A DNA stretch of 64,000 bases from Candidatus Aenigmatarchaeota archaeon (GTDB lineage Archaea; Aenigmatarchaeota; Aenigmatarchaeia; CG10238-14): the NCBI GenBank assembly GCA_018920365.1, contig JAHLMM010000001.1, positions 274,165 to 338,164 of the forward strand, given 5' to 3'. Positions 19,356 through 26,928 of the stretch are shown here, one piece after another. A model generated the notes under the pieces. It was not told the DNA's origin, did no database searches, and saw only the letters and a list, made by a program, of their open reading frames with translations. Within the stretch, counting starts at the first letter, position 1, and the number at the start of each line of letters is the position of its first letter. A program made the translations under genes and the position numbers.

Positions 19356-19545
19356 AGGCGCCCGAGTGATTGAAATGAACGTATGCAGATAAACGAAGTT
19401 GCCGAAGGCAATTTTGGTGAGGTTCTGCAAGAGCCGAAACGTTTATCTGCTGTTATACGCCCCGAGCCGATAGGCGAGAGTGCAATGTGGTCGAGGAGCG
19501 AAGCGACGAAGAAGTTGAAAAAGTGCCCCTTAATATTTTTTAAAA
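19356..19545. ncRNA. Candidate structured RNA of unknown class (GC-rich island)
   Basis: About 55% GC against a roughly 30% background, lying between convergent gene ends. There is a perfect 11-bp helix (19385-19395 with 19440-19450) extended by a 5-bp helix (19380-84 with 19455-59). An internal hairpin 19398-19412 reads cUUCGg on the minus strand. Confidence 0.35.
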
Positions 19546-20537
19546 ACTTCATCAAAGTATTTAATTAGATCATTAATTTGTTCTACTTCTGTGATTACAA
19601 TTTCCGTCGGTAAATGGTTTGTATAGTGTCCAATAGACCTAACATCTCTAAATGGTATATTGAAATTTTCTGGCTTAATATCATTAATCTTGGCTTTTGA
19701 ATAATAAACTAAGCTATTTTTCCTAACTACGCACGAGAATATCATGTTATTATTCTTGAAGAAACCTATATAATGCTTCATTGGAGATATTTTTATATTC
19801 TTTGATTTTAGATGATTGAGGAATAAATTGAATATAGAAGATATTTTTTCAGGTTTATTTTTAAGGTGATATTCTAAAGTATATTCTTCTAATTTTAATC
19901 TTTCTTTTGAGGTAAGTATTTCATCTTCTGTTATCTCGCTGTCGCTGAATAATATTAATTCTTCTTTATTTTTAGTGAATAAAGAAACTTCAATTTTTCT
20001 AATTTTAACATTAATTGCTTTTTCAATTTGGGATAACCCTATACTTAATTCGGGTGAAATCCTATCAATAACCAATAGAATCTGTAAATCTTCCATTGAA
20101 TTATCTAATAGTTCATATACCTCTTTCCCAGTATCTTTTTGTAATTTATCAAAAATCTTTTTATTTTTCTTGATTTCGTTATATAGGAAATTCCTAACAG
20201 CGTCTAATTCTTCTACTGAAGCACTTTGGATAAATGAGATAAAGTTCCCTAATTGTGGCAATATATGTTTATCAATACCGTGTTTTTCTAATTCTATTTC
20301 AGTTATATAGAGAGATGGGGTCGTTGGGTTGTCCCAAACAAGAAGAAAACCATCACTAATTGAATGTTTAAAATTCTTAAAACTTTTACTTTTAACCTGT
20401 TTTTCTATTTTAATAAAAAGCGATTTATTAGAAACAATATTCTCATAATTTTTTGAAAATAAATCCGTTAATTCTTCTTCTTTTGAATATTCTTGTTTTG
20501 AATATTTTTCGTTGTTTTTTAATATCGTGTGCTTCAT
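19530..20537 (-). CDS. Hypothetical protein (335 aa), N-terminal PD-(D/E)xK-like motif
   Basis: 'LVWDNPTT...YITEIELEKHG' matches a D-x(n)-ExK pattern. The C-terminus carries an Rx6H-type 'RDVRSIGH'. No confident family assignment. Confidence 0.45.
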   Translation of the reverse strand: MKHTILKNNEKYSKQEYSKEEELTDLFSKNYENIVSNKSLFIKIEKQVKSKSFKNFKHSISDGFLLVWDNPTTPSLYITEIELEKHGIDKHILPQLGNFISFIQSASVEELDAVRNFLYNEIKKNKKIFDKLQKDTGKEVYELLDNSMEDLQILLVIDRISPELSIGLSQIEKAINVKIRKIEVSLFTKNKEELILFSDSEITEDEILTSKERLKLEEYTLEYHLKNKPEKISSIFNLFLNHLKSKNIKISPMKHYIGFFKNNNMIFSCVVRKNSLVYYSKAKINDIKPENFNIPFRDVRSIGHYTNHLPTEIVITEVEQINDLIKYFDEVFKKY

Positions 20538-20719
20538 ATTACAATACTAAATTATCAAGATATATAAATTTTATTAAAAGGAGCACTTTTCAATTGCACA
20601 TAAAAACTATTAAACGAACTTCTTTTAACCTTTAAACTAGCTTCAAATAACGAATAAATTATTTCGTCTTATTCAAAACTTGTACTATAACGAATATTCA
20701 CATAAAAATCAAAAAATTA

Positions 20720-21476
20720 AATTGTTTTTGTGAATAGCAAAAATTACACCATTGTCACCAAACTAATAAAAGAAATAAAACTAAGAAAATATTCGTATAA
20801 AACTGGGAAAAGATATATAGATATTGTCGTTAAATTTCCGAAATCAGGTAAAACATCAAAAGAATTTTTGTTATAAAGTTCAAAAAAGCAGATTCTACTA
20901 TGAGAATGTTCTAAATCAAAAATTTTATAAGAAAATACCATATTTAAAACCAAGATTAAAACTGCCAAAAGTTCTAAGAAAAGAAGACGTAACAAAAATG
21001 ATAGATGTTGTGAAAAATACAAAACATGAGCTATATTATCAGCGCTTTATTATACAGGTTTGCGTTTGAACGTTTGAGCAAAGAAACTTGAGGTGGGATG
21101 ATATAGATTTTCAGAGACATATTTCATATAAAGAAGGCTAAAGGTGACAAAGAATTGTTTTTTAGATGAGAAACTAAAACAATCGCTGAGGAATCTGGGA
21201 ACAAAACAATATGGGCTTGTATTTATCTAATCCAGAGGTGGAAAATATAGCAAAAGAACAATACAAAAAATATTGAAAGATGCTGCGAGAAAAGCAAACA
21301 TTTCAAAGAAAATAATACCAAATTCATTAAGACATTCTTTTGCTACTCATCTTTTAGAAGCAGGAGTTGATATAAGATATATACAGCAGCTTTTAGGACA
21401 TAAAAACCTTCAAACAACTCAAATCTACACTCATGTAGCAAACAAAGACATAAAAAGGCTTGCGAATGCTATTTAA
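20720..21476 (+). pseudogene. Tyrosine recombinase/integrase (XerC/D-like), degraded by multiple frameshifts and stops
   Basis: Integrase-like peptides appear in three different frames: 'ITPLSPN', 'ADSTMRMF', 'LRWDDIDFQ', 'YGLVF'. The ending '[37 protein letters not shown]' carries the R-H-R-Y catalytic region. ORF-track pieces 20824..21069 and 21273..21476 are fragments of it. Confidence 0.65.
21426..21475. repeat. Direct repeat DR1 (integrase 3' end), att-like
   Basis: The 38-nt 'tacactcatgtagcaaacaaagacataaaaaggcttgc' plus about 12 similar nt. It is repeated at 23667..23716. Confidence 0.6.
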
Positions 21477-21517
21477 GTATAAATATTTAAAGTACAATAT
21501 ATACCTTTGGTGACCTT

Positions 21518-21682
21518 ATGAGTATAATTTATTCAATACCTGTAAAACCTATTAAAAATAATGGCGCATTTAAATGCACAATTCCAAAAGAAATAACAGA
21601 TAAAATTGGAATTAAAAAAGATAATAAGATTGTTTGGATTTTATATGATGATGGTAAAATAGAGGTTAAAATAGAGAAGTGA
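21518..21682 (+). CDS. AbrB/SpoVT/MazE-type swapped-hairpin DNA-binding protein (54 aa)
   Basis: 'AFKCTIPKEITDKIGIKKDNKIVWILYDDGKIEVK' is the classic AbrB-fold motif. It lies directly upstream of the methyltransferase and is under 60 aa, so it is absent from the ORF track. Confidence 0.5.
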   Translation: MSIIYSIPVKPIKNNGAFKCTIPKEITDKIGIKKDNKIVWILYDDGKIEVKIEK

Positions 21683-21688
21683 TTAATT

Positions 21689-22504
21689 ATGAAAACATTT
21701 TCAAAGAAAAATGAAATCAACATTAGTAAAATTACTGAAAAGCATATGAAAAATAATAATGTAAAAAAGTGGGAACCGGAGAATTTTGAACTTCAAACAA
21801 CAACAATATGGAGCTTTCCTAAAAGAGGCAATTGGGCAACTCATCGTGGAGACTATAGAGGCAATTGGGCACCAGAAATACCAAGGAACTTGATTTTAAG
21901 ATACTCAAAAAAAGGTGATATAGTTTTAGATCCTTTTGTAGGTTCTGGGACTACTATTATTGAGTGTAAATTGCTTGGAAGAAGAGGTATAGGTATTGAT
22001 ATAAATCCTGATGCGATAAAACTAGCTAAAAAAAGAATTGAATTTTCGAAATTGTTTGATGAACCTCAAGAATTGAGGGTTGGCGATGCAAGAGATTTAA
22101 GTTTTATAAAAAGCAACTCTATTGATTTAATTTGTGCGCATCCACCATATGCAGACGCTATACAATATACAGATGGAATAGAAGGCGATTTATCGTTTAT
22201 TAAAAATGTTGATGAATTTGTTAACGAGATAGGTAAAGTTGCTAAAGAATGTTACAGAGTATTAAAGCCTGGTAAATATTGTGGTGTCTTAATAGGAGAT
22301 ATAAGAAGAAAAAAACGCGTCATCCCTGTTGGATTCAAAGTTATGAACGAGTTTTTAAATGTTGGTTTTAATTTGAAAGAAATTATAATTAAACTTCAAC
22401 ATGAATGCAAAACTACGCCGTTGTGGGAGAAAAAATCTATAGAATATAATTTTTTACTTCTCGCGCATGAATATTTATTTGTTTTTGAAAAGTTAGAAAA
22501 ATGA
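21689..22504 (+). CDS. N6-adenine/N4-cytosine-type methyltransferase (DNA MTase, possibly RNA MTase-like architecture)
   Basis: 'HRGDYRGNWAPEIPRNLILRYSKKGDIVLDPFVGSGTT' (motif X-I) is followed by 'ICAHPPYAD' (motif IV). Confidence 0.6.
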   Translation: MKTFSKKNEINISKITEKHMKNNNVKKWEPENFELQTTTIWSFPKRGNWATHRGDYRGNWAPEIPRNLILRYSKKGDIVLDPFVGSGTTIIECKLLGRRGIGIDINPDAIKLAKKRIEFSKLFDEPQELRVGDARDLSFIKSNSIDLICAHPPYADAIQYTDGIEGDLSFIKNVDEFVNEIGKVAKECYRVLKPGKYCGVLIGDIRRKKRVIPVGFKVMNEFLNVGFNLKEIIIKLQHECKTTPLWEKKSIEYNFLLLAHEYLFVFEKLEK

Positions 22505-22531
22505 TTCGGATCTACATAAATTTCTTTTGAT

Positions 22532-23077
22532 CTACTTAGTAGCATATTTAGTTGGTGGTGGCCAATTGCGAACAGCATTAGTTATAATTTTGTCAATCTC
22601 TTCTTCCCCTGATGCTACCCATCTTATAAACCTCATAAGAAATTCTCTCGGCGGTTCAACTTTTCCCTTTTTACAACCACCAGAACCATAATTGAACTCT
22701 TGCTCTATCATTAAAAGCTGCATATAATACAAATTAACATCTGGGTCATCTAGTTGCATTGGAAATTTTAGTTTTAAGAGTTCATTTGAATATTTTTCTG
22801 GGTCATCACCATCATATACGTTTTCTATAATAGAGAATAATTTCTTTGCATCATCTTCGTTACTCAATCTTTTAAGATACAAATCAAATAATAATCTTAC
22901 GTGCGTTGGTCTAAATTCTTTTCTTTCTGGTATTAGAAGTGAAACAGCAAAATCATGAGGACATATCTTATCAGTTCTTATAGCAAAAATTTTAGTTTTA
23001 TTTTGGCTCGTATAAATTAATTTATGCTCATTTAATTTCATTCCTCTTAATATAGGAAATAAATCTAACATTCTCAT
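22532..23077 (-). CDS. Hypothetical protein, possible small restriction endonuclease partner
   Basis: 181 aa, convergent with the MTase. 'PHD-x9-ERK' could be a PD-(D/E)xK core. The assignment is weak. Confidence 0.3.
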   Translation of the reverse strand: MRMLDLFPILRGMKLNEHKLIYTSQNKTKIFAIRTDKICPHDFAVSLLIPERKEFRPTHVRLLFDLYLKRLSNEDDAKKLFSIIENVYDGDDPEKYSNELLKLKFPMQLDDPDVNLYYMQLLMIEQEFNYGSGGCKKGKVEPPREFLMRFIRWVASGEEEIDKIITNAVRNWPPPTKYATK

Positions 23078-23132
23078 AATTATTATTTCATAAAAAAGAT
23101 TAAATTAATATAACTTTTCATTAAATAATAGT

Positions 23133-23447
23133 ATGCCAGAAAATATTATTTTAGAATGTCCATTTTGTCATAAAAAAACAGTGAACGTTATTTATTATCC
23201 ATCTATTTTACAAGCTTCTACCTCTAGGGCTGCTGGGAGAACAGTGACGAAATACTATAAAACTAAAGAAAAATATGAAGTTTTGTCAGATTGCTCTAAT
23301 TGTGGTAAAAAAATAAAAGAAATACAAAAAGCTTTGGAAGGAGAAAAAAAAGATCCAGATAAGGAAAAGGAAATAATTGAAAGATTAAAAAAACAAGGAT
23401 TGTTTATGGATGAAATAAAACAAAATTATAAGTCTAATAAGAGTTAA
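23133..23447 (+). CDS. Zinc-ribbon protein (CxxC...CxxC) with Lys/Glu-rich tail
   Basis: 'CPFCHKK...CSNCGKK'. Confidence 0.4.
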   Translation: MPENIILECPFCHKKTVNVIYYPSILQASTSRAAGRTVTKYYKTKEKYEVLSDCSNCGKKIKEIQKALEGEKKDPDKEKEIIERLKKQGLFMDEIKQNYKSNKS

Positions 23448-23666
23448 AATTTTCAACGATTTTGATTGTAATTATATATTTTTGAAGAAAATTTAGGTTT
23501 AACATATTATATTAATATTATTTTTTACGAGGTAAAATTTTAAGAAAAATCAAGTCTAGCTCAATATATATTCAACACCTAAGATACGAAAATGTAACTT
23601 ATTCAAGTGATGAATTTGTTGATATAATGGTATTTACTAGCGAAATAAACAAGATGTGTTCAATTA

Positions 23667-23716
23667 TACACTCATGTAGCAAACAAAGACATAAAAAGGC
23701 TTGCAAACGCCATTTA
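23667..23716. repeat. Direct repeat DR2, copy of integrase 3' end
   Basis: 38/38 identity to 21426..21463 and similar flanks. It is an isolated copy about 2.2 kb downstream of the integrase pseudogene. Confidence 0.6.
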
Positions 23717-23792
23717 AAAAATTTTCTAATGAATAGCAACTAAAACTTAAATACCTCAAAATTAGATATTAATCTTATCAGGTGATAAAAAC

Positions 23793-24086
23793 ATGAATCC
23801 ATGGCTGAAAATACTTATAGGTTTGGTTTTGCTTGGATTGCCTCTAGCATTATACGCATATGACATAATGACACCTGGACCAGTGGTTACATTCAATATT
23901 TTAGGTAGAGACATACAACTATCCCCTGTAAGAGCATTTCTAACAGTGCTAGAAGGTACAGTTCCACCATTCTTGGCATTGATCGGCTTGTTCATCGTAT
24001 GGCTAGAACTTGACGAGCTAAGAATAGAAAGGGAATTGAAGCAAGAGGAAGAAGAGGAAGAAAAACCAAAGAAAAAGAAAAAGTAA
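23793..24086 (+). CDS. Small membrane protein with poly-Glu/Lys tail
   Basis: Two TM helices and a C-terminal 'EEEEEEKPKKKKK'. Confidence 0.35.
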   Translation: MNPWLKILIGLVLLGLPLALYAYDIMTPGPVVTFNILGRDIQLSPVRAFLTVLEGTVPPFLALIGLFIVWLELDELRIERELKQEEEEEEKPKKKKK

Positions 24087-24092
24087 GTTGAT

Positions 24093-25124
24093 ATGGGAGT
24101 ACAGATATCTCAACTCTTGCCAAAACAAGAGATAAAAATAGAAGAGCTTGCAGGCAAAAGAATAGCCATAGATGCTTTTAATATAATTTTTCAATTTCTT
24201 TCAATTATTCGACAGAGAGAGACAGGCGAACCTCTTAGAGATAGCAATGGCAGAATAACATCCCATTTGTCTGGTTTGTTTTATAGAAACTTGAGATTTC
24301 TTGAATCTGGATTGAAGCCAATATATGTTTTTGACGGCAAGCCACCTGATTTTAAGAAAAAGACAATAAAAGAAAGAGAGGCTAAAAGAGAAGAGGCTGC
24401 AAAAAAATGGGAACAAGCTATTAAAGAAGGAAGAAAAGAAGATATAATGGTTTATGCACAAGCTTCTTCCAAACTAACAGATGAAATGATCAAGGAAAGC
24501 AAACTGCTTTTGCAATCTTTAGGCATACCTGTCATTCAAGCAGCTTCAGAAGGTGAGGCACAAGCAAGCTTTATGGTTATGAAAGGTGACGCTTTCTCCT
24601 CAGCCAGTCAGGATAGCGACTCGCTGCTTTTCGGTTGTCCACGTCTAGTCAGAAATCTGTCAATATCAGGAAAGAGAAAAATGCCGAGGCAAGAGAAATG
24701 GATTGACGTTAATCCTGAAATGATAGAGTTACATTCAGTCTTGAAAGAATTGAACATAACAAGAGAGCAACTTATATGCATAGGTCTGCTTGTTGGTACT
24801 GATTACAATGATGGCATAAACGGAATAGGACCGAAAAAGGCTTTGGCATTAGTTAAAGAAAAATCAGTCGATCAAATTTTAGCTGAAACAGATTGGAATA
24901 GTGAATATGATATAAATGAAATATTTGATTTTTTTGTCAATCCACACGTGAATAAAGATTATGAAATAAAATTTGGAGAAATTGACAAAGAAGCTGTGAA
25001 GAAAATAATGGTTGATGAGCATGATTTTTCTGAGCAGAGAATAGATAATGCTTTGGATAAAATAATTCAACAAAAGAAAAAAGGATCTCAGTCAAGTTTG
25101 TCAGGCTGGTTTAAGAAATCTTGA
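24093..25124 (+). CDS. fen1: Flap endonuclease 1
   Basis: 'MGVQISQLLP' start, XPG-N and XPG-I motifs, and 'GIGPKKALALVKE' in the H3TH region. Confidence 0.9.
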   Translation: MGVQISQLLPKQEIKIEELAGKRIAIDAFNIIFQFLSIIRQRETGEPLRDSNGRITSHLSGLFYRNLRFLESGLKPIYVFDGKPPDFKKKTIKEREAKREEAAKKWEQAIKEGRKEDIMVYAQASSKLTDEMIKESKLLLQSLGIPVIQAASEGEAQASFMVMKGDAFSSASQDSDSLLFGCPRLVRNLSISGKRKMPRQEKWIDVNPEMIELHSVLKELNITREQLICIGLLVGTDYNDGINGIGPKKALALVKEKSVDQILAETDWNSEYDINEIFDFFVNPHVNKDYEIKFGEIDKEAVKKIMVDEHDFSEQRIDNALDKIIQQKKKGSQSSLSGWFKKS

Positions 25125-25791
25125 ATTTTTTGAAAAACTTATCCAACCCCTTTTGCTCATATTTCTTCACAATTTCCTGAACAGTCTCCCAAGTTGTTCT
25201 TATGTTTTTCGGCATTTTGCCATTATTCTCTTTGGCCAATTTTTCCAGAAATTCTATTGTCTTTTGATCATGGCTGTAGCCAACGCCAAAATCATAGTTG
25301 AATTCTTTTTTCAATTTTTCAATCTTACTATCTCTCTCAACTTTTGCAATTATTGATGCAGCTGAGACAACTGGATAATTTTTGTCAGCATAATTTTCAA
25401 AAACAAATTTTGCTTTTTTTTCATTTTCATCCAATTTTGAAAAGAGAAAATCTCTAAATTTATTGCTGTTAAAGCTTGGCGTGTCTATTATAATCTTATC
25501 AGCAGGCACCATGTTTATTATGTCAGCCATTTTCAAGGCTTCAATCTGATTTAAGTTGATGCCGCTTTTCCTCATAGAATCTATATTGCATGCAGAAACA
25601 CTAAGGACAACAACATTTTCGGCAATCTCATCAATTTTTTTTGCCAATTCCTCTCTTTTTTTAGGCGTTAATTCTTTTGAATCTCTTACCCCAATTTTTT
25701 TTAGTTCATCCTGCCGGCTTTCATCTATTGTCAACCCACAAATAACAAGCGGTCCTATTACAGCACCCCTTCCTGCTTCATCAATACCCAT
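25111..25791 (-). CDS. rnhB: Ribonuclease HII
   Basis: 'MGIDEAGRGAVIGPLVICG' with DEDD residues. Confidence 0.9.
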   Translation of the reverse strand: MGIDEAGRGAVIGPLVICGLTIDESRQDELKKIGVRDSKELTPKKREELAKKIDEIAENVVVLSVSACNIDSMRKSGINLNQIEALKMADIINMVPADKIIIDTPSFNSNKFRDFLFSKLDENEKKAKFVFENYADKNYPVVSAASIIAKVERDSKIEKLKKEFNYDFGVGYSHDQKTIEFLEKLAKENNGKMPKNIRTTWETVQEIVKKYEQKGLDKFFKKFKIS

Positions 25792-25850
25792 TATTTTGAT
25801 AGTATCACCTGAAATTCAATAAAATATATTTTAATTGCTAATAGAAATAC

Positions 25851-26276
25851 ATGCTTGCAGACAATTTAGCTGAAAGACTGAAAAAAGGCGAATTAATAGA
25901 AGAAGCATTATCATCACATGATTGGAAGGACTTTGAAAGGATTGTTGAAGAAATATTTCAATTTCACGGATTTGCTACAAAAAGAAATTTTAGATTCAAG
26001 AATGAAAAGAGATATGAGATTGATATAATAGCTGAGTCAGATTCAGTTGTTTTTTGTGTTGATTGCAAGAGATGGGGTAAGGGAAGATACAAGCATTATG
26101 CGTTGAGAAAAGCAGCTGAAAGGCAAATGGAAAGAGCATCAAAAATAGCTTCTTCAAAACGAACTATACCTTTAATAATAACATTAATGGACGAGCAGAT
26201 GCAAAGTCAGCAAGTATATTTTATTCCCATATGGAAGCTTAACGAATTTCTAAGCTGCTGGGAGATGTATTTTTAA
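25851..26276 (+). CDS. PD-(D/E)xK nuclease, Hjc/Mrr-catalytic-domain-like
   Basis: 'FERIVEEIFQFHGF...EIDIIAE...VFCVDCKRW' matches the restriction-endonuclease-fold core. The 141-aa size fits a Holliday-junction-resolvase-like protein. Confidence 0.45.
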   Translation: MLADNLAERLKKGELIEEALSSHDWKDFERIVEEIFQFHGFATKRNFRFKNEKRYEIDIIAESDSVVFCVDCKRWGKGRYKHYALRKAAERQMERASKIASSKRTIPLIITLMDEQMQSQQVYFIPIWKLNEFLSCWEMYF

Positions 26277-26328
26277 ATGCCTATTTAAATATTTATAAAG
26301 TTTTATATAGTAGAATGGAGGTGTATTA

Positions 26329-26880
26329 ATGACCAAATTCAATATAAAAATAGAAAACATCGTTGCTTCTGCATCGCTAGGCGTTCGCGTGCCGCTTGAA
26401 AAAATGATAAAATATCTTGAAGGTACTGAATACGAGCCTGAGCAATTTCCTGGCTTGGTTTACAGGGTTAAAGATCCTAAGGCTGCGACATTAATCTTCT
26501 CATCAGGCAAAATTGTCTGCACAGGCGCTAGAAGCATTGAAGATGTCAAAAGAGTTGTAAAAAAAGTTATTGATGCAATCAAAAGCGCTGGCATAGGCAA
26601 CCCAACAAAATACACTGTGCAGATAGAAAACATCGTCGCATCAGCAAAGCTAAAATCAACACTTAATCTAGACAAAATAGCATTTGAAGTCGAAGAATCT
26701 GAATACGAGCCTGAGCAATTTCCTGGCTTGGTTTTGAGAATGAGAAACCCTAAAGTGGCTTTCTTGCTTTTCTCATCAGGCAAAATAGTATGCACTGGAG
26801 CAAGAAAAATAAAGGATGTTGAGTCTGCAGTTGAAATGCTGTCAGGAAAGTTGAAAAGCATAGGAGCACTGAATGAATAG
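26329..26880 (+). CDS. tbp: TATA-box binding protein
   Basis: Two direct repeats, each 'ENIVASA...PEQFPGLV...FSSGKIVCTGAR'. Confidence 0.9.
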   Translation: MTKFNIKIENIVASASLGVRVPLEKMIKYLEGTEYEPEQFPGLVYRVKDPKAATLIFSSGKIVCTGARSIEDVKRVVKKVIDAIKSAGIGNPTKYTVQIENIVASAKLKSTLNLDKIAFEVEESEYEPEQFPGLVLRMRNPKVAFLLFSSGKIVCTGARKIKDVESAVEMLSGKLKSIGALNE

Positions 26881-26928
26881 ATTTCATTCCAATAAAACAT
26901 AAGAATATCAACAATAAACAATTAGATT

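Noticed and set aside
19356-19545. Possibility that the GC-rich element is RNase P RNA or 5S rRNA
   Set aside because: I could not find the universal RNase P CR-I (GGAAAGUCCGGGC) or CR-V (ACAGAAACAGGGCUUA) motifs. There is no 5S loop-C or loop-E consensus. The SRP RNA is already accounted for at 13861..14138. The element is left as unknown.
19262-19568. ORFs 19262..19555 (-) and 19383..19568 (+)
   Set aside because: Both are translations of the GC-rich structured element. They overlap each other on opposite strands and have atypical Arg/Gly/Pro-rich composition for this AT-rich genome.
20824-21476. ORF-track entries 20824..21069 and 21273..21476 as two separate genes
   Set aside because: They are frame-shifted fragments of one decayed tyrosine recombinase. 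Integrase-like peptides continue in other frames between them.
26460-26921. 153-aa minus-strand ORF
   Set aside because: It is antisense to the TBP gene and has no motif.
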